DNA of 64,000 nucleotides, taken from assembly GCF_009914755.1 (NCBI RefSeq), contig NC_060926.1; one strand, written 5' to 3'. Under the pieces are notes generated by a model. That model was not told the DNA's origin. It made no database searches and worked only from the letters and a program-made list of their open reading frames with translations. This DNA is from the human T2T-CHM13v2.0 reference genome, Homo sapiens. This document shows positions 1 to 14,819 of the stretch, piece by piece. The stretch's first letter is position 1, and every line of letters starts with the position of its first letter. A program made the translations under genes and the position numbers.

Positions 1-790
1 GACCTGCCCTGCAGGAAATATTAAACCTTGATCAGAAAGTTGGAACTATATAAGGAAGGGAAGAGTGCTGGAGAAAAAAATAAATGAATCTAAAATAAAA
101 TCTTGAGCTTTCCTATTCTTATTCTTAATTGATTAAAAAGATAATTATTTGTTTAAAGTTATAATTATAGCAATGTATCTGGTTTTTATAATGTGGGGGT
201 ATTAGTCTGTTCTCATGCTGCTAATAAACACATACCCGAGACTGGGTAATTTATAAAGGAAAGACGTTTAATTGACTCACAGTTCCACATGGCTGGGAAG
301 GCCTTGCAATCATGGCAGAAGGTGAAGGAGGAACAAAGTCATGTTTTACATGGTGGCAGGCAAGAGAGCTTGCACAGGGGAACTTCCCTTTATAAAACCA
401 TCAGATCTCGTGAGACTTATTCACTATCATGAGAACAGCACAGGAAAGACCCACCCCCATTATTCAATTACCTCCCACCAGGTCCCTCCCACGACATGTG
501 GGGATTATTACAATTCAAGGTGAGATTTGGGTCGGGGCACAGCCAAACCATGTCAGTGGGTAAGAGAAAGGAATGACAACAATAGTCAAAATTGGGGATG
601 CTTGGCTACAAGTTACCTGCATTCACATGAAGTGGTACGGTGTTACTTAAAGGTGGCCGTGGATTATTTAAATATACATATATAGTAAACCCAAGAGTAA
701 CTACTAAAAAGTTGTAAAAAGAAGTATAAATGATAAATCACAAGAGGAGATAAAATGCAATCATATGAAATGCTCAATTAAAACCTGAGA
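1..790 (+). mobile_element. Ancient L1M (L1MC/L1MD-type) ORF1-end/inter-ORF fragment, split by a THE1 LTR
   Basis: A-rich L1M-like sequence (ggaagagtgctggagaaaaaaataaatgaatctaaaataaaatc...; tagtaaacccaagagtaactactaaaaa) that resumes after the THE1 TSD; family from recall. Confidence 0.55.
198..555 (-). mobile_element. THE1 (THE1B/C-type) MaLR solo LTR
   Basis: Reverse-oriented THE1: (t/g)gtattagtctgttctcatgctgctaataaa...gagatttgggtcggggcacagccaaaccatgtca; perfect 5-bp TSD GTGGG at 193-197 and 556-560. Confidence 0.93.
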
Positions 791-799
791 GTGGAAGAC

Positions 800-1938
800 T
801 TTTCTCCCTTCATGCTTCTCTCTGTTCCTCTAAGTCCAACTAAATCCCTGGGTGTTGGATGTAAACTGAATATAAGAAGACTTCAAACAGTGGAGAGAAG
901 ACTGCAGATTGGCCGGGGACTTTAGAGCTGTATGGCACTGAGTTCCCTGGGTTTTCTTTTTGCTTCACATATCCAACTTGGTGCCGGAGAAGCTGCAAGC
1001 TAAAAACTCTAATGGGCACAGGCAGAAAGAGCCTTCCAAACAGCCTGCTTTCTCTAGCCCAAGGAAAGGGGGAAAAACTGAAAGCTTGTAGTAAATAGCT
1101 GCTCTTCAGCAGCCAAATATCAGGAACAAAGACCTGTGGTCCTTCTCCCAATGGCGCCAGCAAAATCTGAGTCAGGAACCTAGGCTTCTACCCTGGCTTG
1201 CCAGGCTGTAAGGAGGCACCTTGGTCTCCCATGCAGTGGTGGCAGAGAAGGCCCAATGGGGAACTGGGTTTCCTGCCACCACCAGCAATAACGCAGTGCC
1301 CATTCCCTCCCCTGCTGGAGTGGTGTCCAGGGAGGCCTGGTGGATAGGCAGAGCTTTCAACCCCACCCAGAAGTAATGGGGCCACCCCTCACGTCCCTTT
1401 GTCAGTGGAGGCCACACGCACTCAAGCAGTAACCAGCAGAAGTCAGCATTCTGACTTCTCCCAGTCAGGGAGGTTTTAGTGGAGATACAACAGGAAGCTA
1501 GAACTCCCACCTCCGCCTATCAGAAAAGACAACCCCCACCCTCAGGAATGAAAGGAGGCTCAGTGGGGAACCTGTCCTTCTACCCCCCACCTGGCAGGAA
1601 TGAGGCGCCCCCACCCACTGCCTCTGCCAGAGCAGTGTCAGAGGAACTTGCTCAAACAGAAAATTTAAATAAGATTCACCGTCTCAAAGAAAATGCCCAA
1701 AATGTTTAGGTTTCAATCAAAAATTTCTCAGAGAACCGGGAAGATCTTAAACCGATTAAAAAACAACAATAGGTTCCAACACCAAAATAGCAGAGACTAG
1801 AATTATCTGACAAAGATTTTAAAGCAGCCATCAGTAAAATGTCTCAAAGAGAGATTACAAACATATGTGAAACAAATGTGAAACTCCAAGGTCTCACCAA
1901 AGAAACTCAAAGTCTCAGCAAAGAAATAGAGATGTAAA
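800..1938 (+). mobile_element. Ancient L1 (L1MC/L1MD-type) 5'UTR and start of ORF1
   Basis: GC-richer 5'UTR-like block followed by the typical ORF1 start agaattatctgacaaagattttaaagcagccat...aaacaaatg...ctcagcaaagaaataga. Confidence 0.6.
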
Positions 1939-1944
1939 ACTGGT

Positions 1945-3000
<1,056 letters not shown>

Positions 3001-3164
3001 ACTCCTCACTCACTTACCACAAGTAAGAAGACAATAGACATGGTAGTATGAATACCATTGAAAAATATGTGTGTAAGTGCATTCAATGACTGCTAAATAT
3101 TGTAGTGGTGTTTGACTTTTTAACTCGTGGGCATGTACCATTTTAATTTTTTAAATTCCGTAAA

Positions 3165-4060
3165 GTGTAAAATAAAATGTGTCCCTTGTTTTTGCAGAGA
3201 AGTCTCTATTATGAATATTAGCAATCTCTAAATATATCCACAAATTCCAAGTAATGCAATAAAAATTCCAGTAGGAATTTAGCATGTTAGAATGACAAGA
3301 AGAAGAGACATAGAAGAGTTAAGAAAATTCTCGGGTGAGGAAAAAGGAGACTCGTTTAAATCAGATTTATCCTATCAAATACTCAAGTGCATTATCAAAT
3401 GATAGTAAAGGAGTATAAAACTGACCCTGAAATAGATGGGCAGATCAATGTAATAGAATGAGAGTCCAGAAATAGAAATATGTATGTCACGATGTACTTT
3501 ATGATAAAAAGTATCTTTTCAAATGAGGAGAAAAAAATTATTCAATAAATATTTGGGGGACTTTTGTAAAAAAAAATATAAAGCCAGATCTTTGGCTCAC
3601 TCTTAGAATCAAAATTAATTCCAGATGGGTAAAATATTTAAAAGCAAAATACAAAATCATAAAATTATGAGGAATCATTTCTGGTGAAACCTTTAATAAT
3701 ACTGAAGTAGAGTGATTTCAAAACCAAAAAGTATAAAGGAAAAAAAGTGGATTCAAATACATATTATTTAGCAAAAAAGAACTTTTTTTAAACTACACTT
3801 TCACACTTTAAATCAACAGCAATATACTAACAGAAAATTCTTTACAGTATATAATAAATAAATGATTAATTTCCTTAATATACAAAGAATTTTTAAATTA
3901 AAAAAAGATGAATATACCAATTAAAAAATAGGTAAAGGGCATGAACAAACACTTGAAGAGGTTTAACCTCGTGCTTTAGCAAAGAGCTACAAATAAAATC
4001 AATAAGAAGATAGATGAAGCTACTATCAACTTAGCAACCATTTAAAAGATAGTCAAGAGA
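3165..4060 (+). mobile_element. Old L1ME-type ORF2 3' fragment
   Basis: agatgggcagatcaatgtaatagaatgagagtccagaaatag...ttattcaataaatatttgggg...aaaattaattccagatgggtaaaatattta. Confidence 0.65.
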
Positions 4061-4159
4061 CATTAAAACCCTTTTTAATAAATATTTCCCCTAAATTTCT
4101 ATTGGGTTAAATTTTTCATTTAGGCATTACTTAAATCTTTCCCTTTTGTAAATTTTTTT

Positions 4160-4480
4160 TTTGCTTTTATGAATAATGTCCTTTCCCATTCTGAAATTAA
4201 CATTTACTTATAATTCTTATGGTTTCTTAGGGATTTATTTTCTTTCTTTGTTTAACATGTAGCTCTTTAACACATTTAGAGTTGACTTTAGTGTTTGATA
4301 TAAGGCGAGGACCGAATTAACTCATTTCCAAATACTTCATTAGTTGCCAGCACTATACATGGTGCAATCCTTCCTGCTCAAATCCGTAACAAAGTGGGTT
4401 TTATCATCTAGTCTAGATGAGTCTTTGCATGTTGGCCTATCTTCACCTGTACTTATATCTACATCTGATTCTGTCCACCA
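4160..4480 (-). mobile_element. Old L1M ORF2 fragment, antisense
   Basis: catgtagctctttaacacatttagagttgactttagtgtttgatataagg...agttgccagcacta is the reverse complement of the L1 ORF2 3' region. Confidence 0.6.
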
Positions 4481-4524
4481 AACCTCTCCTGTTATAGAGG
4501 AATAAAACAAAGACCAGAGAAGAT

Positions 4525-4590
4525 AACTGCTTTGTCCCAGGTCACACAGCTGGTAGCGGGGCAGAACCTGGGTGGGGGCCCTCGCCCACC
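4525..4590 (-). mobile_element. MIR core fragment
   Basis: tgtcccaggtcacacagctggtagcggggcagaacctggg. Confidence 0.5.
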
Positions 4591-4962
4591 CCTGTTCCTC
4601 CAGCACAGGCTCTCCCTAAGCTACATGTCCTCTCAACCAGGCTTCCTAGTACATGGGGAATAACGACCCTACCCTTCCCCACCTGATCCACCCAAGCTCT
4701 GCTCAGAAGGGGAAGTGGCGACCCTCCCGCAGGCGGTGGCACTCTCTCTCTCTCGTTGTGTCTGAAGGCTGTTCCACTTCCCAGGCTCTGTTCTGTGAGT
4801 CTCTGTGTTCTGTGAGGCTCCAAATGTGCTGCCCTACACAACACACAGCCAGAGAGTGGCTGGGGAGACGGTCTACCTGGCTGGAGAACCTGGACCCACA
4901 CCCTTCTCTGCACATAAGGGCCAGTGCCCCTGACTCTAGGAGCCTAATAGGAACATAGGTCA

Positions 4963-5150
4963 TTGCTGGAGTCAGACTGTCTGGGTTCAAATCTCTCTCT
5001 GCCACTTCTGGCTTGAATAACCTCTTCTGTGCCTCCGGTTCTCATCTCAAAAAGGAGGATAACAAGCAGACTTAACTCATAGGAGCTTGTAGAGGTGAAC
5101 TCAGTTAACCTGAGTAACTTGCTTAGCACAGTGATTGCAAATGTTAGCTG
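4963..5150 (+). mobile_element. MIR
   Basis: tggagtcagactgtctgggttcaaatc...ctgtgcctccggttctcatct...ctcataggagcttgtagagg...gcttagcacagtg. Confidence 0.75.
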
Positions 5151-6319
5151 TGGAGATCAATTTTACTAATTTTATTCAGTTGAAGGGTTGGTATCTAGTG
5201 AAATTTATATTGTTTCTTTTAAAAGATCATGTTTCTTTTTTCTCTTTAGTATTGAAATTGGCATCTTTGGGAGCTCGCTGTCATCTCTTCACAAAACATC
5301 CCCACGGAAAGCCAAACTTTCCCTTAGCAAGCGTGGCAACGTCCCAGAGTGCAGCCTGGTGAGTTTGGAATGCAGGTGGTTTGCGGACCCAAGGGAGAAA
5401 AAGTGACTGCAGATGGTGCATTTCCTGTTTATAACGTGCTTGGGGAAATGACCATTTTGCTCATGAAGAAAAAAGATTTTTTATCTTATTGGGTAAAGAA
5501 AAATAATAGACCACAGAGACAGAATATTACCACAGCATTTTTGTCTGATGAGAAACTGATTGGCTTGACTACATATTGATTAAACATTCTACATGCCGTT
5601 ACTCTCTAGACAATAAGAATCTTGGCATACGATAACTTTGAAAGCAAAGTTCATTTACGGTCAGGTTGGTTTCACCAAAACAATCGTATTCCAATATTAC
5701 GGTTCTCAAAACTGAAATACCTGAAAACCTCTTTGGGGACCTGGATTTTCAGTGGAAAACAAACTGCTCAGACAAAGCTGCTGGGGCCCCCATTTCCCAC
5801 TGCTTCCTCAGTTTCCCCAAAACTAAACAATCTGGGAGACAGTGTGAAGTTAGTGCATGTTTAATTTGGCAACTCTCTTTCCAGATGTGTATGGTCCAGA
5901 TGTGTTGAGTCTGCTCCCAAGTTATCAATCAAAAAGCAAACTGACCCGGGGTGGATGGCTGCATTTGTACAGCAGCTGCTGTCACCAGCGCACCCCCAAG
6001 CAATGTTTTCTTAAACTTAGATGTCCAGGCAGAAAAATCCCTTTGCCTTCTAGTGGCCCCTGCCTAACATTTCCCTCCATACCCTTCTAGATTACCTTAC
6101 ACGGAGAGAATTAAGTTAGGGGATTTGTCTGCTGTCAGTCCCCTTTTTCTTCTGGTTCTATTTTTAGCCTTAATGGTCTTTTCTAATAGGTCCAAACTGT
6201 GCAACAATACGTAAAACTAATTGTATTTTACATAAAAATCCATGATCACATCTAGCCAGCCAAAATGGATCAGAGAAGCTCCATACAGTCGTGTGGATTT
6301 TTTTATTTGACTAGAAGCC

Positions 6320-6393
6320 ATCCATGTGCCTACCTGATGCATGTGCACACATGCATCCACGCACCTTGCATGCACACACACATGCACATGCAC
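6320..6393. repeat. Degenerate (CA/TG)n-(CATG)n simple repeat
   Basis: catgtgcacacatgcatccacgcaccttgcatgcacacacacatgcacatgcac. Confidence 0.6.
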
Positions 6394-6634
6394 TCTTCCA
6401 GGATGGCTTTGAAGTGGCGAGGGTAGAAAGGAACTCTTGGTCCCAAGGGCTGGCCTCATGAAGGAGCTCCAAGATGCAACTCATTCTTGAATTGCAGCCA
6501 GGACCTCAACTATTCCCTGCAGGAATTCCCCTAAGAAGAATGTGTTGGTCTTATGTGTCACGGGTTGCCCCAAGTCATCCTGGCTTCTGGGGTTGTGGGC
6601 TTTTGTTCAGAGAAAACAGGGACTGCTGAAACCT

Positions 6635-7057
6635 TGTAGTGGATACTCTCTGTTCCCTGCCCAGATCTCTGGGCTGGTGCCCCATCCTCTAGGTCTGTGA
6701 GCATTGGCTGCCGAGGGCTCACAGCTGCCCATTTCCAGAGAAGTTCCCTTGGGACAGTAACAGCTTCTGGGCCCAGAAGATTACTCTCCCACACACAAGG
6801 CAGCCAAGGGCCAAGCCTGACTAGGACAAAAGCCCAGGCCCCCTCCCTCACAGTGGGACCACTCCGTGGTGCAATTCACACTCCCCAACTTCCCCGGGGA
6901 TCAGGCAGAAACTGGACCCCAGCCAAGAACCTGCCTGGCTCCACCCTTCTCCAGGCTTCTTGGCTTCCTTCACTCCCTTTCTGCCCACAGGTCCTACAAT
7001 AGATCATTTCCACAAGACCCCCGTCTCAGACTCTGCCTAAGAAATCCCTCATCTTAA
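6635..7057 (+). mobile_element. LTR16C-like ERVL solo LTR
   Basis: Starts tgtagtggatactctctgttccctgcccagatc, contains ggctcacagctgccc...cagagaagttccctt, and ends ccgtctcagactctgcctaagaaatccc; matches recalled LTR16C. Confidence 0.72.
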
Positions 7058-7082
7058 TCACTGAGCCCATCTGGCGTCTTTC

Positions 7083-7440
7083 TTTTATAAAAAATTTGTA
7101 TTTTTATTTTAAGTTCCTGGGTACATGTGCAGGATGTGCAGGTTTGTTACATAGGTAAACGTGTGCCAAGGTGGTTTGCTGCACCTATTAACCCATCACC
7201 TAGGTATTAAGCCCAGCATGCATTAGCTATTTTTCCTAATGCTCTGCCTCCCCGCCACCCACCCACCAGCAGGCCCTACTGTGTTGTTCCCCTCCCTGTG
7301 TCCATGTGTTCTCATTGCTCAGCTCCCACTTATCTAGAACCAGAAATACCATTTGACCCAGCAATCCCATTACTGGGTATATACCCAAAGGAAAATAAAT
7401 CACTGGACTACAAAGGTACATGCATGCGTATGTTCATGTT
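7083..7440 (-). mobile_element. Short L1PA (about L1PA8-10) 3' end with a 5' inversion (twin priming)
   Basis: Antisense 3'UTR 7083-7333 abuts a sense ORF2-end piece 7334-~7437; TSD tggc(g/a)tctttc at 7072-7082 and 7443-7453. Confidence 0.9.
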
Positions 7441-7963
7441 CATGGCATCTTTCATTTAGGCATCAAACTCCCCTCAGTCAGGAAGGACGGTGACAGTCTC
7501 CACACCCTCCAGGCTATTGGGACAGATTCTGTTTTTTTCACCCTGCCCTGCAACAAAATTATTTTCTGCTTTCACCAAACCCAGGCAAACAGACTCCACT
7601 AGACCTGGAGACTAGGAATAGAAAATGTACATAAATTGTGGTTTTAAAAATTCACTTAGATATGAATAATATGATGATAATTATTAGGAAAACATGGAAC
7701 ATTAAGACGTTGAAAATAAGTTCTACAAGTAAATGTGCCAGTCAACAAAGATTCATTCAGGGTTCCAGGGTGTCACTTGAGTTAGTGACCATTGTATAAA
7801 GTTCTAATCTGTGCTTGAAAGTTCGAATTTTCATGGTCAATTGTTTTCCTTGAAGTGACAGGCCCACACCATTAATTCTTTTAGCAACTCTCTGGCAAAT
7901 ACCTAAGTCCGAACAACCATAATTTGTCTTTCAGTTATTCTTTCAAGTAAAAATGGCGTTCTA

Positions 7964-8300
<337 letters not shown>

Positions 8301-8664
8301 TCAGCTCACAACACAAACAATGCATGAGAGCTCTTCTTTGGGATAACCCTTGTAGTTGGTGTACGGAGGTCTCATATGTGTTCTCCCCATCTTGGCACTC
8401 AGAATATTCAAAGGACAGGTCCTCAAAAGTTAAAATTTAATAAAATCAATAATTTTATTGATTTTATAAATAAAATTTATTTATGAAATACTGCTGTGGC
8501 AATGGAGAGCTCAGGTGTCCTGGTAGAATTTGATGTCACTGCCTGGGTTCCTGCCAAGGTGCTGGAACCATGGTTTTTGCACCCTTAGGGAAAATGTCAA
8601 CACAGTAGAGAAGGCAAAAATGTCTTAGTGGAGTTTTTAAATAAGTTTTTTATTCTGGAATATT

Positions 8665-9045
8665 TGTTATTTTTTAATGTATAATTGACAAAAATTATAT
8701 AAGTAGATGTATAATGTGATGATTTGATATGTGTACACTTTGTGATACAATCAAGCTAATTGACACACACATCACCTCACGTAGCTACCATTTGTGCGTG
8801 CTTGCTGAGTACATTTAAGATCCACTTTTTAAATCACTTTTTAATTTTTTTATTTCAATAGGTTTTTGGAGAACAGGTGGTGTTTGGTTACATGGATAAG
8901 TTCTTTAGTGGTGATTTCTGAGATTTTGGTGCACCCATCACCCAAGCAATGTACACTGTAACCAATGTGTGGTCTTTTATCACTCGCCACCGCCCACCCT
9001 TTTCTTAACAAATTTCAAGTGTGCACTACAGTGGTATTAACTGCA
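8665..9045 (-). mobile_element. L1MA (about MA9/10) 3' end, split by L1PB1
   Basis: gtataatgtgatgatttgatatgtgtacac...aatcaagctaattgacacacacatcacctcac...acatttaagatccac[..]tcttaacaaatttcaagtgtgcactacag. Confidence 0.7.
8838..9002 (-). mobile_element. L1PB1 3'-terminal fragment
   Basis: tttatttcaataggtttttggagaacaggtggtgtttggttacatggataagttctttagtggtgatttctgagattttggtgcaccc. Confidence 0.85.
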
Positions 9046-9497
9046 GCCTCGATTTACAGAAACATTGCAAAGGTCATACAGAGTTTTCATGAACCCCACA
9101 CTCTATTTCCCTGATGATTAATATCTTTTATTAGTATGGTACTTTGGTCACAACCATTAGCATTAGCTGAAATCCATGCTTTATTCAGATTTGCTGAGTT
9201 TCACCCAATGTCCTTTTTCTGTTTCAGGATCCCGTCAAGGATATCACATGATACTTCCTTGTCATGTTTCCTTAGGCTCATCTTGACTGTCCATTTCTCA
9301 GACCTTCCTTGATTTTGGTGACCTTGACAATGTTGAGGAACAGTGGTCAGGTATCTTGTAGAATGTTCTTTCATCGGGGCTTGTTGATGTTTTCTCTGAA
9401 TTAGACTGGGTTTGTGGGTTTTGGGGAAGAAACACCACAGAAGAGAAGCACCATTCTAACTGCATCATATTAAGGGTAGATACTATCAACCTAACTT

Positions 9498-9792
<295 letters not shown>

Positions 9793-10149
9793 TCAACCTG
9801 ACTTGTTATTGTTGATGTTGACTTTGATCAACTGACAGGTTTGCCAGGTGATCAATGTGTTTGTCAGGTTTCTACAGTGCAAACTTACCTTCTCTCTTTT
9901 CCATGCTGCACCCTTTGAAAAGAAGTCACCATGTGCAGCCTACATTTAATGAGTGGAGAGTTATGCCCCGCCTCCTGGAGGATGAACTATCTACATAAAT
10001 TATTTGAAATTCTTTTGCATGGAATATTTTCTTAATGTTATTGTGAAAATAATTTTGACCTTGCAGAACCATGAAAGGCTGTTCGGGAAAACCCCCAGAA
10101 GTCTGTAGACCATACTTAGAGAAACACCATTCCATGCAATGGAGGCAGG

Positions 10150-11176
10150 GGTGGATGTGTCTGGAACCTGGGCACTATACTTGCGTGTACCTTGATGCTT
10201 CCAGGATTCCCTAGAAATCACTGTGGAAGGATTATTGCAGCCACTATTGCTTGACAAGGGCTCAGACCCCTCAGGGTTACAAGTTTAAGTCCCTCAACCA
10301 GGCAAGCAACCCAGACCCAGCAAAGTGTGTTTGAAAGGTAGGAAAATGTAAATTGAGGAAAAGAAAAAGGAGATATGAATATCAGTTCGGTCTTACTCAT
10401 CTGCAGTTTCAGTCACCATACATTATACCAGTAACCCTCTTGGGTTAAGTCAACAGAGATTGGGTATGGCCAGCATATTTGAGTGCACTATGTCTCAGAT
10501 TGCACTAGTTCTCCCCCTCTCCAAGGAGGAGTGAGGGCATATTGTTCTCATAATCAATGAGATAACATTTTTAGAACTGGAACCAGATATAATATAGGGC
10601 ATCAGATGATATGAGTGATCTAGATGGTGGACGCTCAGACACCACTTACACACCCATCTCCAATTCCAGAAACCAAGTGATGGCAGCTTTGTGTGGGGCT
10701 AATCAGCTTCATCCAAGTGCAGTCTTCATCTGAGTGCACCCTGACAGTGCCTTGTTCAGATCTGCTCACACGTCTCTTGGCTACCAGCCTGTGACTTCTG
10801 ATAATGCCAGGGCATGGGATGCCACAGGAACCCCTTGGTGCCCACATATACATGACTCAGTTGTGCAGGATAGTTAATGCTCCACTTGAAAGCTCTTTAA
10901 ACAATGGGAGAAAGGAACCAATAAATAAACGTTTCCTACCCCACGCCACAGCACTGACTCTGAGTCACATTTTCTGTGGTTTCTCGGAAGACATCGTGGT
11001 GTTAAACACACAATCTCCCATCTCAGCGGCCAGTGTAGCTTGCATTGACTCACTCTTCTTTGCTGAAATGCTTTCCCTGTTCCTTAGCTTTGCTCTTGGG
11101 ATCATAATTCCCAATGAAAGCTTTGATCAACAGTGTTTCTCTCAGGTTTTCTTTTCGAAAGAACTTAGGCTAAGAC
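10150..11176 (+). mobile_element. ERVL 3' internal remnant plus LTR33-like LTR
   Basis: ggctcagacccctcagggttacaagtttaagtccctcaaccaggcaagcaacccagacccagc (ERVL 3' internal); LTR ~10625-11176 ending ctcaggttttcttttcgaaagaacttaggctaagaca. Confidence 0.55.
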
Positions 11177-11204
11177 AGATCAATACAGTGTTGTAACCAG
11201 CTAG

Positions 11205-11870
11205 TATGCATTCCTTCCAAAGATTTATTAAGTCCTCCTGTGTGCAAAGCATCATGGTAGGCTTGGAGACAACTGGGAAAATAATCAAATAAATCATTAC
11301 AAGTATAAATGCTGTGAAGGAGAAGCACAGAGTGCTTTCAGATTGTAATATCCTAATCTAGGGAACTAAAAAGGGGCTTCTCCACTGAGACCTGAAGGAT
11401 GAATAGGACCACTCCTGGGAAGAGGCAGGAGAAAAGGAGGGAGTATGGTGGGAAGTGAGACAGCAGATTCCAAGGGCTGGAGGCAAGTGAAGGTGGGTGT
11501 TTTTAAGAATTCAAAGTAGCCCAGCCCTAGTGGGCTAATGGCTAAGCGGAGAGAACAGAGAGATTGGAGAGGAGTATGAGGAAAAAGACTTTGGCGGAGT
11601 GAACAAGAACCCAACTGTGAAGAACCTTGAGCACTTATCCGGTGAGCCACAGGAAACCTCTGGAGGGCTCTGAGTAGAGTATTCCTCAAAGATGACTTTG
11701 TCTATGGATGCGAGGAGTATTAGGGGTCAGGATCATGCAGGAAGGCTAATTAGAGGGCCATTCAAGTGATCTAAGCCAAAGATGAAGATGGTACCAAATA
11801 CAGTGGTGGCAGGTAAGAGGAAGAGAAGGTAAATGATTTGAGAGCTGCTAAAATAGGGATTTTTCAATTT
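11205..11870 (-). mobile_element. L2 3' fragment
   Basis: cattccttccaaagatttattaagtcctcctgtgtgcaaagcatc...gagacctgaaggatgaatagga...gggaaggctaattagagggccatt. Confidence 0.7.
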
Positions 11871-12040
11871 TTTGGAAGTTAATATATGAGATGAATACAA
11901 TTTGTCGGAAGTTTTACATATCATTTGTATAATTTGTGCAGAAACTTCACTTGCTATTTGTAATTTTCTTTAGGTGAGAAGGATTTTTAATACATTTTAA
12001 AAGCACTTAAAACAATTTTTAATACACTATATAATGTTAA

Positions 12041-12640
<600 letters not shown>

Positions 12641-13809
12641 AGTGTTTACAGATCACTAATCCGGAACCTTGCTTAAATCACTATCCCAAAGCCATCCTTT
12701 CTTTAGACTATGGTTTAATCTTCTTTCTCATTTTTTGCATTTGTTGGTCCTACATGGCTCACCTGTTCTCATCTTGCCTTGCACTGGCAATTCCAAAATC
12801 AACTTCTCCACTCCCCACTTCCTCTGGTTATCATTCAGGTTCTCAATCCCTGCAGCCTCAACATGCCTGAAAAGCCTTCTCATTTCCTCTGTCTGCCACC
12901 CTATCTTGGCCTCTCCAGAATCACTGCCATTTTTGTGCCTCTGCTGCTGCAACCGCAGAGGCTAGGGCAGCCCACTGTGTTGCTGTCATTGGTGGGAGTT
13001 TGGGCACCCTGGGCTCACGTGAGTTGTTCTGGGCAACACGCACCACCCAGCAGCTTCAGGTGCTGGACTTCCCCAAGCTTGCTCTGCATGTCCTTCCAGA
13101 AGTGATTCCTTTTCATTGACTCCCTTGGCAGTAACTTTGCAAACACTTAAACTTTATTAACTTTATCCATTAGTTGAGTCATGCTTGAACATATGGTGGT
13201 ACATGGCCAGTATAATTGAGATCTTGGATCCCATTTTTCAGAAAATAATATCCATGCCCACAGAAGATGCCAATGGAGGGTTGTCAGCCCTGGAGAGCCA
13301 GTGATGGTGACAAAGTAGAACTAGACATCCTGTGAGTTTCCATCTGGGAAAACTCTCAAGAATTCTTTAAAGTAGTGGCTTTTAAACTTTTAGTGAGAAA
13401 ATATAATTTTTCAAATAAAATTTTATAAAGAAAATATATAAAACAGATAGAGGAGGAACAATTTTGATTAAGTGGCAGAGAGGCATGGTGGCCTAATCAG
13501 TCCCCAGCCCCTCTCCCCAAATAACCCCAGAGGTACCACCAAGGAATCAAATGGCCCAAGAACACCTAAAACCATCACTCTGGAGATACAGCAGTCTCCC
13601 TAAAAGGCATGGAAGCATGAGCCTAACTAGAGACAGGTGACAGCCAGGTGTAGTGCGGGATGGGACACAGGGAAGGTGGAGCTCAGCCTCATCAGCCGCT
13701 ATCTCCAGGAGCATCTTCCAGGCAAAGAGCCTTTCTGTCCCGTCTCCCTTCCAAACTCATGCCACCCTGATGATTGTGATTCCAGAGGATCAGAGGCAGA
13801 GGAGTCCTC

Positions 13810-14070
13810 ATCATTTTGGATTATTTGGTTACAAGCAACAGAAATAGACTCTGACTACCTCAACCCTAAAAGGAGTTTATTGGAAAAATAGAGGTGGCTC
13901 ACAGAATTGGAAGATAGCTGAAAAATCAGGCTTAGAGGGGTAATCAGGGAAGTTCCAATGGCTTAGCTAGTAAGAGATAATCAGTAGAGTCACCTGGGGG
14001 GTCCACTCAGAGATGAATCAGGTCCTATGTGGAAGAAGTGATGCCCCAAAATGAAACCCCAAAGGTTCTT
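13810..14070 (-). mobile_element. Old MLT1-type MaLR LTR fragment
   Basis: tttggttacaagcaacagaaatagactctgactac...aaaggagtttattgga...ggctcacagaattg. Confidence 0.5.
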
Positions 14071-14483
14071 AGGTGACCAAATACCAGCTGTCCACTATCG
14101 GATGCCCTAGTGTTTGGGGGAGGGAAGTTACTGGACTTATTGCTAACATGATCACAATAAAACCCCACCTTTTTGTCCCCAGTCCATTGCTGTCTGCCCC
14201 CACAATGTTGCAGTCTCATGGGTAACACTCAGGTCATTTAGCAGTCAGGTGTCACAAGCTGTCCTGGCCAAGACCCATGGAGCGTTCAGCTCTGACCTTG
14301 GCCATGTGACCTGCTCTTGGGTCTTCTACAGCCTTGACCCTTCTCTGCCCTTCACTCAGGTTCATGTTGTCATCTTCCTCTGGGTGCCCCAACCCCCACT
14401 CCATACCCCTGGCCCTTCACAGCTCTTCCCCTGCTCAGGCTGTCTCAGCTGGGAAGACACTTCTCTTGTCCGTAGTGCCACCA

Positions 14484-14819
14484 CTCAGTACATAGATCAA
14501 GGCAGTGTTCAGCACAGTATAAATGGCTTTCAAATTCCAAAGAGAAAAACACAGCTTTTGCCTCTTTGATGGTGGTAGGGGGTGTGAGATACAACAATTT
14601 TTTACTGGGAAGAGATTACAGCATGCCCTAGACTAGTAACCCCCTTAAAATGTCATCAATGTGACAGACTCCTGACTCTTTGTAGGTTTTATCTTCCACT
14701 ATCTGGTACGAATGTGTCTTATGAAGGCATCCAAAGTACTTGTCATTTTCTGCCCACCAATTGGAATTAACGTTATGACTCATATAAGGGACTAATGTAT
14801 CATACTATGGGTTGCCAAG
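14484..14819 (+). repeat. Dispersed direct duplicate (copy) of 18722-19057
   Basis: Manual alignment to 18722-19057 gives 16 substitutions and 3 single-base indels over ~336 bp. Confidence 0.97.
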
